Assembly: GCA_963807235.1 (NCBI GenBank)
Contig: CAWEBF010000023.1
Span: 15,693 to 79,692 of the forward strand
DNA length: 64,000 nt
Direction: 5' to 3'
Source: an uncultured Acidobacteriota bacterium
GTDB taxonomy: Bacteria > Acidobacteriota > Vicinamibacteria > Vicinamibacterales > UBA2999
Shown here: one piece after another, positions 1 to 11,710 of the stretch
Numbering within the stretch: the stretch's first letter is position 1
Layout of the letters: each line of letters opens with the position of its first letter
Program-made: the position numbers and the translations under genes
Notes under the pieces: model-generated
Databases searched by the model: none
Seen by the model: only the letters and a program-made list of their open reading frames with translations
Told to the model about the DNA's origin: nothing

Positions 1-2438
1 TGATGTTCACGGTCGTGTCCTGCGGAAAGCGCGCTTCGAGATCCTTCAAAAGCGTCTGCGATCGCGACAGCTCACCGGTCAGCGCCAGCGCGAAGGCGGC
101 GGCGTATGACACGTCGCGGCCTGTCGACATGTCCAGTGCCAGCGCGGCGGTTCGACGAGCCTCCGCGACGTTGCCCATGAGCGCGTGCCACACCGCCGGC
201 GCCGCTTGAAACACCGCCGCAACTTCACGCTGGCGGGCCTTCTCGGACAGATCGACCGCGCGCCGCGCAAGCGAGCCTGCGCGCTCCAGCTGGCCCGATC
301 GGGCGAGGGCGAGCGCCTTGAAGTGGGTCAACTCGGGCTCGGCCGCGTTACCTTGGGCCCGCGCGAACTCCCGTTCCATGGCCGCGTCGTCCCCTCTGAG
401 GAACGCGAGGTTGAAAATGGTGGCGAGTGAACTCGGGCCCCGATACCTTCCGGTCCGCAGCTCGCTGGAGCGCCTTTGCAGCTTCGTCGAGCCGATCGAG
501 ATACATGTAGCAGGCTGCGGCATTGAGATATCCGAACTGCGACTGGGGATCCGCAGCCTCCGCTTTCGCGGCGCGTTCAATGCAGCCCTCATACTGGCCC
601 GATCCCTTCGTCACGAAGCCGGATGCCAGACCGTACTAGTTGAACGTGCGCGGATAGGTCTGTGCCCACAGGTCGAAGGCCTGGAGCGCCAGCTCGAGAT
701 TGCCGGTGACCTGGCGATGATAGGTCGCCGTGATGAAGAACTTTTCATCGTCGGTGGCCCGCTCGCGAAGCTCGAACGCCCGCGTTGTGTGTTGCATCCC
801 GAGCACGGACTCGCCGGCGATGCTGTACGCGGTTCCTAATCGTGCGTGCGCCACAGCAAAGCCGTCGTCGATCTCGACGGCGCGCTTGAACTGCTCTATC
901 GCAGCAGGCCGCCCTCGTCCCGCGCACCTGCAAACCTGCGCTGTACGCTTTCAACGCGTCGAGCGATGCCGTGCTGACGTCGGGAAGCGGCCGGTTGTGC
1001 TCATCGAGCGTCGAGAGTGACTCACCGAGTCGCACTCTCAACCGGCTCGCGATGTCGCTCAACGCGTTCAACACGTCTTCCTTCCTCGCGACCTGCTCCT
1101 GTTCCTCGCCGAGCACTTCGCCGCTGCGGCATCCGGTGGCGCGCACACCAAGAACGTATTGAGCGCCGAGGCTGGCGATGCTCCCTTCGAGAATGGCGCC
1201 GCCGCCCATCCGCTCGCAGATGTCACGGGCGATGGCCGGAGTGAGCTTCGCGCCCGCCGGCTGGCCCATCAGCCGCAGCAGCTGCTGGATGCGCGTGTCC
1301 GAGGTCAGGCTGAGGAACGTTGACTGCTGGAGCTGAATCGCCAGCCCTTGTCGCAGAGTGCCGTCGAACACCGGATCGCCAGTGGTGTTTGCGAAGTCGG
1401 CGAGGACCACGGTTTCCTTGTCGGTGAGCGGCGCCGGACGGCGCGAGGACAACGATACCAATAGCCGCCGCCAATCGCCGCGATCGCAAGCAGCGCTCCC
1501 GCGGTCAGCAACAGCATGCCTCGTCGCGCGGGCGCGGGCGCCGCGCGACCGACAGCGGCAGTCGCGGTTCCGTCTGTATCCCGCTTCAGCCGCTGCAGGT
1601 CGGCGCGCAGATCGGCCGCCTGCGTGTAGCGCAACGTTCGATCTTTTTCGAGCGCCTTCAGAACGATCTCGTCGAACCGGACCGTCAGCTCGGGACGCAG
1701 CGTCGATGGCGCTTGCGGCTGTTCATGAAGGATCGCCGCCGCGACGACCGCGCCGTTCGCGCCCGCAAAGGCCGGACGCCCGGTTGCCATCTGGAAGAGG
1801 ACGAGCCCGAGCGAGAACACGTCCGTTCGTGCGTCGACCTCGTCGCCGCGCAGCTGCTCGGGTGACATGTAGGCGAGCGTGCCGACGGCCGCCCCTTCGG
1901 CGGTCAACATCGGCCGTGCGGCGTCCATTTGGGTGACGGAGTCCGCATTTGCGACTCGCGGCGCCGTCTTGGCAACGCCGAAGTCGAGAAGCTTCGGGCC
2001 CCATGCCGTCAGAAAGACATTCGCCGGTTTGATGTCGCGATGAACGATTCCGGCGGCATGCGCCGCAGCGAGCGAGTCGGCCAGTGCAATCGCCGTCTCC
2101 AGCAGGATCGGGAGGTCGAGCGGTCCCTTGCGCAGCCGCACCTCGAGCGTTTCGCCCTGGAGGAACTCCATGACGATGAACGCCTGCTGATCCGGGGTTT
2201 CGCCGACGTCGTAAATCGCGCAGATGTGTGGATGGTGCAGCGCCGCGACCGTCCGCGCTTCGCGCTGAAAACGCTCGTGTGCCAGGTCGGAGCTGGTGAG
2301 CCCCGGCGACAGCACCTTGATGGCGACCTCGCGGTCCAGGCGTGTGTCGCGCGCGCGATAGACCTCGCCCATGCCGCCTGCGCCGACAACGGCAACGATT
2401 TCGTATCGGCCAAGCCGAGTGCCAGCGGACAACGTCAT
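1..2438 (-). CDS. Ser/Thr protein kinase with C-terminal TolB_N-like/TPR region; split by indels and one in-frame TAG; runs off the left edge
   Basis: ORF 1305..2438 has GAGGMGEVY, VAIK, HRDIKPAN, DFG and YMSPEQ. The protein continues through ORFs 745..1461, 636..854, 348..614 and bases 1-220, all colinear with the paralogue at 8579-11412. Confidence 0.9.
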
Positions 2439-2766
2439 TCGAACAGCTGAAGCGGGAGCCTCGCGGCGATTCTATACTTGTCGCTGCGCACACGCCGCCG
2501 CGCGCGGCAACATCGATTGTCAGCGCTACGCGTGGGCAACGATCTGATGCCTCGACCCGCCTCAGCCACGGCATTACGGGTTGGTTCCAACTGGAGGCCG
2601 TTCGACAGCGGCACGTTCACAGCCGTTCGAGCTGCCCCACGGCATTTCGGAAGTTCCTCACCACATATCGCAGCTCGTCCGGCCGGATGAACGAATCGCC
2701 CGCGGGTGGTTCGTGCGCCGGCGTGAAAATCCCAATGAATCGGCCGGACCATGCCTTCCTCTGCGC

Positions 2767-2782
2767 CGGCATACGCGTTGCT
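2767..2782 (+). promoter_or_regulatory. Putative sigma-54 (-24/-12) promoter
   Basis: CGGCAT-ACGCG-TTGCT fits TGGCAC-N5-TTGCW with exact GG/GC spacing, 30 bp upstream of the ATG at 2813 (RBS GGAGG at 2803). Confidence 0.5.
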
Positions 2783-2812
2783 GCCGAAGCACGCAGCAAC
2801 TTGGAGGAGCTC

Positions 2813-4462
2813 ATGACAACACTGAGCGTGGCCTGTGAGAAGTGGCGCCATAAACGAGTGATTGCGGCCGCGGTGACACTGCTCGCCCTTTCGATGCCCG
2901 CCGTGGCACAGCAGGCGCCATCGGGGGCCGCCCAACAGCCCGCCATCAAGGTAGAGGCACAGTCAGGGCCCACCGAAACTCTGTACCGGTGGATCGCGCC
3001 GAGCGCCAAAGAACAGCTCGCCGCCGATACGACCGTGGTGCCGCCCGGCTCCGGCGCCGTGTTCGTGCCGGCCATGACCAATGGCGCCGACGAGCCGGCG
3101 ACGCTCGTGTATCAGGGGGATCAGCGCGTCGCCTCCGGCCAGAACGGCATGCGCATTGTTCTTGCGCCCGGCAGCTACGTCCTGCGCATCGGATCGAGCC
3201 CGCTCAATCAGATGATGACGGTTCCGGTCCAAGTCACGGCCGGCAACACGACACTCGTGCCTGTGACGTGGGGCGGCATCATCGTCGAGGTCGTGGACAA
3301 GAACAACGTTCCCCATCGCGGTACGTACGAGCTGATCTACGTCGCCGACCGCCAGCCGTACACCGTCGGCTTCGGCGCCGACACGCTCCTCGGGGAAAAA
3401 CTCAAGACGATTCTGGCGACGCCGGGCCTCTATCGCATCGTGCGGCCAGGCGCCAACTATCGCACGCGCGTTGACTTCTCCACGGTCGTCATCCCGGAAG
3501 GGGCGATGGTGTATTTCAAGCTCGTCCAGGATCCGGACGACGGGAGCCTGCTCGGGGCAGGCGTGGTCCCACCCAATGAAATGGGCATCGTGCAGCCAGG
3601 CTCGGCCTGGACGCGCACCTTCACAGTCGGCGTCGGTCTGCCGATCACGGGGTCCTCGAATGTCGTCGGCACATCCAACCAGACGACGGTCGGCGCGGAC
3701 TTTACGTTCGACACCTACATGATTTACGACCGCGGCAAGAACTACGCGGGGATCATTTTCGAGGTCGAGGAAGGGTTCGTGTCGATCGATCCGGAGGTCT
3801 CGCCCAAGCTGCCGCTGCAGAAGACAGTCGACCGCCTGCGGTTCGACACGATCTACACGCGGTTGCTGACCACGCGCGTCGGGCCCTACGTGCGCTTCGG
3901 CGTGCTGACGAACTTATGGGAGTCGAATGTGCTGGTCACCGAAGACACCACCGTGGTGAAGCACCTGCTGGACGGCACGACGAGCACCGAGTTCGTGCCG
4001 GCGAACGAAGACTTCAATGTCGGGAAGGCCTTCGCGCCGGTGTCGATCAGGGAGGGAGTCGGCATCAACGTCCGTTTGCTGCGCGGCCGGATAGCGTCGC
4101 TCGACTGGCGCGGCGGCCTCGGCTTCCGGCAGAACCGGTTCAATGGCGCGTTCGTGCTCGACGACAGCGCGGAAGGCTTTCAGGAGTTCTCGGAGCAGGA
4201 GAGTTTCAACGAAACGGGTCTCGAGACCACGGTCGTCGGCACCGTCAGGCTGTCCCGGCTGCTGCTGAACACGAACCTCGATCTCTTTGGCGACTTCAAC
4301 GAGCTCGAGGATCCGACGCTCGACTGGCGCAACACCTTCAGTTGGAGGCTGACAGGAGGCTTGTCCCTGGACTACCGCATCGACGTGTTGCAACAGCCAC
4401 AGGTGACCGACGACACCCAGTTGAGGCAGACGCTGCAGTTCAGATACTCCTGGGGCCGGTAA
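2813..4462 (+). CDS. Secreted hypothetical protein, probable C-terminal outer-membrane beta-barrel
   Basis: Part of ORF 2342..4462. RBS GGAGGAG precedes ATG 2813; signal peptide (..LLALSMPAVA-QQ); amphipathic strands ending LQFRYSWGR. Confidence 0.7.
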   Translation: MTTLSVACEKWRHKRVIAAAVTLLALSMPAVAQQAPSGAAQQPAIKVEAQSGPTETLYRWIAPSAKEQLAADTTVVPPGSGAVFVPAMTNGADEPATLVYQGDQRVASGQNGMRIVLAPGSYVLRIGSSPLNQMMTVPVQVTAGNTTLVPVTWGGIIVEVVDKNNVPHRGTYELIYVADRQPYTVGFGADTLLGEKLKTILATPGLYRIVRPGANYRTRVDFSTVVIPEGAMVYFKLVQDPDDGSLLGAGVVPPNEMGIVQPGSAWTRTFTVGVGLPITGSSNVVGTSNQTTVGADFTFDTYMIYDRGKNYAGIIFEVEEGFVSIDPEVSPKLPLQKTVDRLRFDTIYTRLLTTRVGPYVRFGVLTNLWESNVLVTEDTTVVKHLLDGTTSTEFVPANEDFNVGKAFAPVSIREGVGINVRLLRGRIASLDWRGGLGFRQNRFNGAFVLDDSAEGFQEFSEQESFNETGLETTVVGTVRLSRLLLNTNLDLFGDFNELEDPTLDWRNTFSWRLTGGLSLDYRIDVLQQPQVTDDTQLRQTLQFRYSWGR

Positions 4463-4473
4463 TCGCTGGCTGG

Positions 4474-5606
4474 ATGCAGGACCCCGCTCTTCTGAGGAGT
4501 CCATCCACGGTGCGCACCGGAGCGTTGATTCTGGCGTTGCTGCTGCTGGTCCCAACATGGTCCGGCGAAGCCAGCGACAAGGCAGTCCTGATGGAGCTCG
4601 ACCTGAGGTCCGCCGCGCAGCCCTTAGGCGTCAGCGCGGGCGGCGCCGTCGTCGTCGGCGGGCTCGGCAGCTGGCGGCGGGTTCTACTGGATGCCCACGA
4701 CCGGCGTGATTTTCACCGGCGGTCTGTTCGCGACGAAGGTGAGCCGCGACGGCAAGGTGATCGTCGGACAAGCGGTCGACGCACGCGTCCGGCAGGCTGC
4801 CATCTGGCAGCGCGGCGCGGAGTGGCGAGTCGCTCGGGTCGTTCCCGAACGCGCTGCCATGTGACGCGTTTCTAAGCTCGGCGAACGACACCAGCCGTGA
4901 TGGAAAAATCGTCGTCGGCTACGCGTGCAACGGGTGCACGCTGGCGCACGCATTCCGGTGGGAAGAGTCGACAGGCATGGTCGATCTGGGTTCCAGCGTT
5001 GCGGGCCAAGGCACCCAGGCCCTCGGCGTGTCCGCGGACGGGCAGGTTGCCGTCGGCTATCAGGAACAAGCGGGGGGATTCGTTGAAGGCACGAAATGGG
5101 TCGGGACCAGACAAGAAAGAGTGCCGGGTGCCGACGGTTTCGTCGGGACCGCGAACGCCGCGAACGTTGACGGCTCGATCGTCGTCGGCCGTATCTGCAG
5201 GCCAACGGCTGCTCGTCCGAGTGATCCGGACTATCAGAGCGCGTGGGTCTGGACGCGCGACGGCACACAGTGCTTGCCCCCGCCGAGACTGCGCGTCGCC
5301 ACCGGCGGTCCGTTGATCATCGTTGAAGCCAACGCGACGAGCGACGACGGCAGCGTGATCGGTGGCGGGCAGGCGGTCGCGAGCTCGCCGGATTCCGACG
5401 CGATCATCTGGATCGATCGCAAGCCGGCGTACTTGAAGGAGTTCCTGCAGGCCAACGGCGTGCCCGACGCGTTCCAGACGTGGATCAATACGGGCGCGAT
5501 TAAAGGCATCTCACCCGACGGCCGTGTCCTGGTGGGCACCGGAGCCGCGCTCGGCGGCTTCCGAGGCTACATCGTGATTCTCGGTTCGAGCAGGGTGATG
5601 CCATGA
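4474..5606 (+). CDS. Secreted protein with HAF-like extracellular repeats (frameshifted)
   Basis: Signal peptide in the 3916..4875 frame, then repeated 'A.GVSADG.V.VG' units in 4977..5606; indels between about 4670 and 4970. Confidence 0.7.
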
Positions 5607-6212
5607 GCCGCCTCAAGGTCCTCGTCGTTGCGCTCGGCTTGCTGTTCGCGTGTCAGCGGGCGGAGGCGCAGTCGTGGGAGGCGTCGGCGTTCGTCGGGTA
5701 CACGCCTGCGGCCGACATCGACCGTCAGCGCGTCCGATCTGAATCAGCTCGACGTCCGTGGCGCGTTCACCTGGGGCGTCCAGGCGGCCCGCCTGTTCAC
5801 GACCCACTGGGGCGCCGAGGTGCTGTGGACGCAGCAGCAGTCGGCACTCGAAGGGGGAACCGCCACGTCCGGTGCGTTCGATTTTTTCACCATGACGGTC
5901 AGACAACTGCAGGGCAACGTGCTCTATGAGTTCGGCGCTCGCGAGGCAAAGGTGCGGCCGTTCGTGTTTGGCGGCATCGGCGCGACGTTCTTCAGCGCCG
6001 CCGATCTGCAGTCGGAGACCAAGCTGTCGTTTGATGGCGGCGCGGGCCTCAACTACTTCGCGTGGCGGCGCATCGGCTTGCGTGCGCACGGCCGTTTCAA
6101 GCCGACGGCACTGGACGACAAATCGGCCGGTGACTTCTGCGATCCCTTCGGCTTCTGCCAGTCATCGCTTTCACAGGTTGAGTTCGCAGCGGGGGCGGTT
6201 GTCCGCTTCTGA
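5603..6212 (+). CDS. Small outer-membrane beta-barrel protein (OmpA-TM/OmpW-like), one frameshift near 5730
   Basis: Signal peptide MSRLKVLVVALGLLFACQRAEA; VRPFVFGGIG; C-terminal AGAVVRF. Confidence 0.75.
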
Positions 6213-6245
6213 GCAGTCGTCATCGACTGGTCCGCGAAAAGCTAC

Positions 6246-8564
6246 ATGAGATCATTCCTGAAGAAACTTGCTCTCGCAATAATATTGGCCGCTGGCCTCA
6301 GCCAAGGGGTCGCGCTGTCCCAATCACCGCCGCCCCAGACCGAGTCGAGTCTTTCCAGAAATCCCGCCCTGGTACGTGACTGGGCAAATCGCCTGCTGGC
6401 CAACGACCGGAAGGTCCGCGCAACCGCCGAAGCCGCCTTGGTTAAAGCGGCGGGGCGTTCGCTACCTTTGCTGAGACGATTCCTCGCGAGTGACGATGAC
6501 GACCTGCATCAGCAAACTTTTGAAATCATCCGGCAAATCGGTCCGCCGGCCATTCCGCTGCTGGTCGATCTGCTTCGGCATGAGGAGGTCTCCTTCCGGG
6601 GCTTTGCTGCTGATGCCTTGATCGACCTGGCGCCCGATACAGAATCGATTCAGCCGGCGTTGAGACGGGCGCTGAGAGACGAGGATTCGATGGTCGCGGC
6701 CGATGCCGCACGTGCCCTGGGCGCTTTGGGCGAGAGGGCCAGTCCTTCGGTAGCCACTCTAGTCGAGGCGCTGTCGCACAGCGAACCACACGTCCGTATT
6801 TACGCGGCGGAGGCCTTGGCGTCCATCGGTCCGAAGGCGGGCGCGGCGGCTAAGGACCTCGCCATAGCCTTGGGCGATCCGATTCCCGGGGTCCGATGGG
6901 CGGCAGGTGAGGCCCTCGCAGGCATCGGTCCGGCCGCGCAGTTGGCCGTGCCTCAGTTGATCGAAGCTCTGAAGGATGAGTTCCTCTACGTTCGCATCTG
7001 CGCCGCCGAGGCGCTCGGACGCATCGGGCCGAAGGCAGAGACAGCCCGGGAGGCGTTGATCGCATCCGCAAACGAGCCTGCATTGCGTGACCAGGCCGAG
7101 TGGGCGTTGAATCGCATCGCAGGCATCGAATCTGGAAAGCCTGTGGTCTCACCCCATTTGCCTGACCCTTCCGTCCCGCTCCAACCCCAGACGACTGTGG
7201 CTCAAACGGGCAATCCTCCCGTTGACTGGGATACGACCACGCGGCGGAACATCGTCTGGAGCGTCGAGTTGGGAAACGAAGTGTACGGCAGTCCCGTGGT
7301 TGCCGGCGATGTGGTCTATGTGGGTGCCGACAATACCCGGCAAATCAACCCCGCCTTTCAGGAACATTCAGGCGTGCTCATGGCGTTTCGGGCGACGGAT
7401 GGCGCGTTCCTTTGGCAGGATGCGGCCCCGCGGGTGGAGCGCGGCCTGAGGGAGTGGCTGTTGCCTTCGACGACAAGTGCTCCTTATGTTGAAGGCGACC
7501 GGTTGTACTACGTCACCGCCCAGTGTCAACTCCGTAGCCTCGACACGCAGGGTTTCGGCGATGGTGAGAACGATGGTCCATATCGGGAGGAGGTCTTCAA
7601 AGACAAGGGTGCAGCAGACATCGTCTGGCAACTGGACATGCCCGCCTTGGGTGTCTTTCCGCATGAAGCCTGCAATAGCGACGTGTTGCCCCTTGGTGAT
7701 CTGCTCATGGTCGGTACCTCCAACGGCCAGAATGAAGGCCATACGCGCGTCCCATCGCCGCGCGCTCCAAGTTTGATCGCGGTGAACAAGCACTCGGGAG
7801 GGGTGGTCTGGCGCGCCATCGGAGCAGGAGACCGGGTGCTGCACGGCGCCTGGTCCAGCCCTGTGGCGGCCAACGTCAACGGGCGCGTGCAGGTGCTTTT
7901 CGGGGGAGGAGATGGTTGGCTGCGCGCCTACGACGCAGCGTCGGGTCAGGAAGTCTGGCGATTTGACGGCAACTCGAAGGATGCCCGCTGGCTTCCGCGC
8001 GCCGGTGTCCTTTCGCGCAGCTCCATCATTGCTTCACCGATCTTCGCCGACGGCCGCATCTTCGTTGCCATGGGGCTGTCTCCTGGGCACGCCAACGGAC
8101 CTTCGTTGATTCATGCGATCAGTCCCAACGGCCAGGGAGACGTTACTGAGAGCGGGCGCCTGTGGACTTCGCGTGAGGTCGGCCGCGTGGTGGGAACGCC
8201 CATCGTGAAGGACGGTCTGCTGTACGTTGGGGACTTGGGCGGAACCGTTCATTGTTTGGACGCAGCAACCGGTGCCCACCTATGGAAGCACGAGACGAAC
8301 GATGCCATCTGGGGATCCCTCCTGCTGGCCGGCGACCGCCTTTACGTTGGGAACGCTGGAGGACTCATGACCGTTCTTCGTGCCGGACGGCGAAAGGAAT
8401 TGCTGGCGCAGATCGAAATGGATGCCCCGCTCTATTCGCGTCCGGCTGTGGTCGGCGATGCCCTTTATCTGGCCACTGCGAGCCGGTTGTACTCATCGCG
8501 ACAAAGCATTGATTCTAAACGCGCGTCAGGGGCCTCCATCCTGATCGGACTCATCGTGCACTGA
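6246..8564 (+). CDS. Secreted HEAT-repeat + PQQ-like (BamB-type) beta-propeller protein
   Basis: Signal peptide; about 6 'VR..AA.AL..IG' HEAT/PBS-lyase repeats; 'LDA.TG...W' propeller motifs. Confidence 0.85.
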   Translation: MRSFLKKLALAIILAAGLSQGVALSQSPPPQTESSLSRNPALVRDWANRLLANDRKVRATAEAALVKAAGRSLPLLRRFLASDDDDLHQQTFEIIRQIGPPAIPLLVDLLRHEEVSFRGFAADALIDLAPDTESIQPALRRALRDEDSMVAADAARALGALGERASPSVATLVEALSHSEPHVRIYAAEALASIGPKAGAAAKDLAIALGDPIPGVRWAAGEALAGIGPAAQLAVPQLIEALKDEFLYVRICAAEALGRIGPKAETAREALIASANEPALRDQAEWALNRIAGIESGKPVVSPHLPDPSVPLQPQTTVAQTGNPPVDWDTTTRRNIVWSVELGNEVYGSPVVAGDVVYVGADNTRQINPAFQEHSGVLMAFRATDGAFLWQDAAPRVERGLREWLLPSTTSAPYVEGDRLYYVTAQCQLRSLDTQGFGDGENDGPYREEVFKDKGAADIVWQLDMPALGVFPHEACNSDVLPLGDLLMVGTSNGQNEGHTRVPSPRAPSLIAVNKHSGGVVWRAIGAGDRVLHGAWSSPVAANVNGRVQVLFGGGDGWLRAYDAASGQEVWRFDGNSKDARWLPRAGVLSRSSIIASPIFADGRIFVAMGLSPGHANGPSLIHAISPNGQGDVTESGRLWTSREVGRVVGTPIVKDGLLYVGDLGGTVHCLDAATGAHLWKHETNDAIWGSLLLAGDRLYVGNAGGLMTVLRAGRRKELLAQIEMDAPLYSRPAVVGDALYLATASRLYSSRQSIDSKRASGASILIGLIVH

Positions 8565-8578
8565 TACTCTACATTCGC

Positions 8579-11412
8579 ATGCGAGCTGGCACCCGCCTCG
8601 GCCCGTACGAGATCGTCGCCGCCATCGGTGCGGGTGGCATGGGCGAGGTCTACAAGGCGCGTGACGAGCGACTTGCAAGAGACGTGGCCATCAAGCTGCT
8701 GGCGGCGCATTCCACCGATTCGACTCGAGCTCGCGAGCGATTCAAGCGCGAAGCGCAGGCAGTGGCAGCCCTGCAGCACCCCAACATCTGCACGATCTAC
8801 GACGTCGGCGAAACGGCCGATGGCCGGGCATTCATTGTCATGGAGCTGCTCCAGGGTGAGACCTTGCAGCAGCGAATCGCGCACGGCCCGCTGGACCTGC
8901 GGGTCATCCTCGAGATCGGCGCGGCCCTCGCCGACGCCCTTCAGGCGGCTCATGCCGCCGGCATCGTCCACCGCGATATCAAGCCCGCCAACATCCTGTT
9001 GACCTCGCGCGGACCGAAGATTCTCGACTTCGGCCTCGTCAAAGCCGACCCGCGCGTTCCGCCAGGAGACGCGGCAGCGGCGGAGCTCGAGACCCGAGCG
9101 CTCCTGACCGACGCGGGCAGCGCGGTCGGCACGTTGGCCTACATGTCGCCGGAGCAACTGCGCGGCGAAGAGGTCGACGCGCGAACGGACCTCTTCTCGT
9201 TCGGGTTGGTGTTGTACGAAATGGCGACCGGCCGTCCGGCGTTTGCGGGAAGCAGTGCGGTCGTCGGGGCCGCGATTCTCCATCAGCAACCGACGCCGCT
9301 GCGGACCATTCGACCCGATTTGCCCGAAGGCTTCGAACAGGTCGTGCTGAAGGCGCTCGAGAAGGATCGACAGCTCCGGTATCAGACTGCCGCGGACATC
9401 CGCGCCGATCTGCAACGCCAGAAGCGCTCCACCGATCAGAACGCCGCCGCGATCTCTGCGGTCGCGGCGCCGCCGCCGCGCCGATCGAAGCGCGCGCTGT
9501 TGGCTGGCACCGCCGCCGCGCTTGCCGCCGTCATCGCTGCTGGATACTGGGCGTTCTCCAGACCGGGCACGCCGAAACTGACCGAGACCGACACCATCGT
9601 GTTGGGCGACTTCACCAACACGACTGGCGATGCGGTGTTCGACGAAGCCCTCCGGCAAGGCCTGATCGTCCAGCTACAGCAATCGCCGTTCCTCCACGTC
9701 CTTCCCGATCAGCGCGTTCGCCGCGTGCTCACGATGATGGGCCTGCCGCCCGATGCGCGGCTGACGCCGGCCGTCGCGCTGGAGGTCTGCGAGCGAAGCA
9801 GCAGTGCCGCCGTCATCGAGGGATCGATTGCCAGTCTCGGCAACCAGTACGTCCTGGGGCTACGGGCGACCGATTGCCGGTCTGGAGAGGTGCTCGATAC
9901 GCAGCAGTCGCAGGTTCCCGGCAAGGAAAACGTGCTCAGCGCGCTCAGCGGAATGGCACGTGCGTTCCGGGCGCGCGTCGGAGAGTCCCTCGCGACGATC
10001 CAGACACATGAAAAGCCGCTCGAAGAAGCGACAACGGCATCCATCGAGGCGTTGAAGGCGTACAGCGCCACGAGGGCGCCAGGATTCGGTGGATGCGATG
10101 CCAGGATTCCGCTGCTCGAGCGCGCGGTCGAGCTCGATCCCGAGTTTGCTCTGGCCCACGCCGGCCTGGGTGTGTGCTACAGCGGGACCGGCCGGCGGGA
10201 GTTGGCGATTCAGAGCGCGACCCGCGCCTACGAGCTGCGGCAACGAACGACCGACCCGGAACGATTCAATATCGAATACGCGTACCGACCGCGACGTCAC
10301 CGGCGATCTCGAAAGGGCATTCCAGACCGTCACGCTATGGACACAGACCTATCCTCGCGATCTCAATGCGTGGGGCCTGCGCGGTGGCTACAGCGCGCAT
10401 GGCACCGGCAGGTACGAGGATGTGATCCAGTCGGCGCAGCGCGCCCTGGCGATCGATCCCGATTTTGTCTTTGCCCACAGCGAGTTGGTCTCGGCCAACA
10501 TGTTTCTGGACCGCTTCGATGCGGCCAAGCGCGCGCTCCAGCGCGCGGGCGTCGTGGTCGATCCGGCCGCGCTTGCGCTCGGCTACTACATCGCGATGCT
10601 GGAGCACGACACCGACGGCATCGAGCGGTTGGCCGCGCGATTCAAGGAATCGTCCAGCCCCCAGCTGCTGCGACACGCCCAGTCGCTCGCCCTGGCTCGC
10701 GCCGGACAGCTCGAGCGCGCGAGGACGCTCGGGCGAGAGGCCATCGACGCCGCCGAAGGACTCGGCCAACGCGAGACCGCGGCGATCTACGAATCGGCGG
10801 CCGCGGTGTGGGAAGCGTGGTCGGGAAATCAGTCAGCGGCCAGGCGGCGTGCGGCGACGGCCCTCAATAAGTCGAGTGGACGCGACGTCACCTATGCCAC
10901 CGGGCTTCGCGCTGGCCCTCGCGGGGGAGACCGCACGATCGGAATCGCTGGCGAACGATCTCGAGCGCCGATTTCCACGCGATACGATCGTCAGATTCAC
11001 GTATGTGCCGACGCTGCGCGCGCTCGCGGCAGTCGCGCGCAACGAACCGGCCAGGGCGATCGAGCTGCTGCAGGCAAACGTCCCCTACGAGCGTGCAATC
11101 CCGCCGACGGCATTCAACTTTTTCTTCGGAAGCCTGTATCCCGTGTATGTCCGTGCTCAAGCCTATGCCGCCAACGGACAGCATCAGCAGGCGGTCGCGG
11201 AGTTTCAGAAGATCCTCGACCACCGGGGATTGATGATGGGAGACCCGGCCGGCGCTCGCGCTCTCCTGGAGAAAGCCCGATCGCTGGCGCGCGCGGGTGA
11301 TCAGATGGGCGCACGAGCCGCGTACGAGGAATTCCTGTCGTTGTGGAAGGACGCAGACCCGGATGTGCCCGTTCTGGCGCAGGCGCAGGCAGAGTACGCG
11401 AAGCTGAAGTAG
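8579..11412 (+). CDS. Ser/Thr protein kinase with TM segment and TPR C-terminus (frameshifts near 10285 and 10900)
   Basis: Complete kinase motifs in ORF 8579..10870. TPRs continue in 10089..11300 and 10465..11412, ending WKDADPDVPVLAQAQAEYAKLK. Confidence 0.9.
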
Positions 11413-11446
11413 GGTGGGCGCCACATATAATTTGGGCGCTTAGACG

Positions 11447-11710
11447 ATGGATCCCAACGGGAGCGCTGGCGGACGAAGGCGGGGCGCCGATGACGTCGAG
11501 GACGCCTGCGATCCGCTGATCGGTCAGACACTCTCACACTACCGCAGCGTATCCAGGCTGAACCGCGCGAACATCTGCACCATCCACGATGTCGGCGAGC
11601 AGGACGGGCGGTCGTTCATCGTCATGGAGTATCTGGAGGGCAGGGGGGACGCCGACGCCAGGATCGCACTCATGGACGAAGCACGGGCGGAACGCGCCCG
11701 GTTGCGGTGA
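11447..11710 (+). pseudogene. Collapsed remnant of a kinase-TPR gene
   Basis: [33 protein letters not shown] and a DAD..I....ARAE.ARL tail, with no catalytic loop. Confidence 0.7.

Noticed and set aside
636..638. In-frame TAG inside the kinase-TPR gene (TYPRTFN*YGLASG, aligning with TYPRDLNAWGLRGG of the paralogue), suggesting stop-codon recoding or pyrrolysine
   Set aside because: TAG ends many genes in this window (e.g. thiD, prmC, the ECF43 sigma factor), prfA is intact, no pyl genes are seen, and it is a single case in error-rich sequence. A base-call error or nonsense mutation is more likely.
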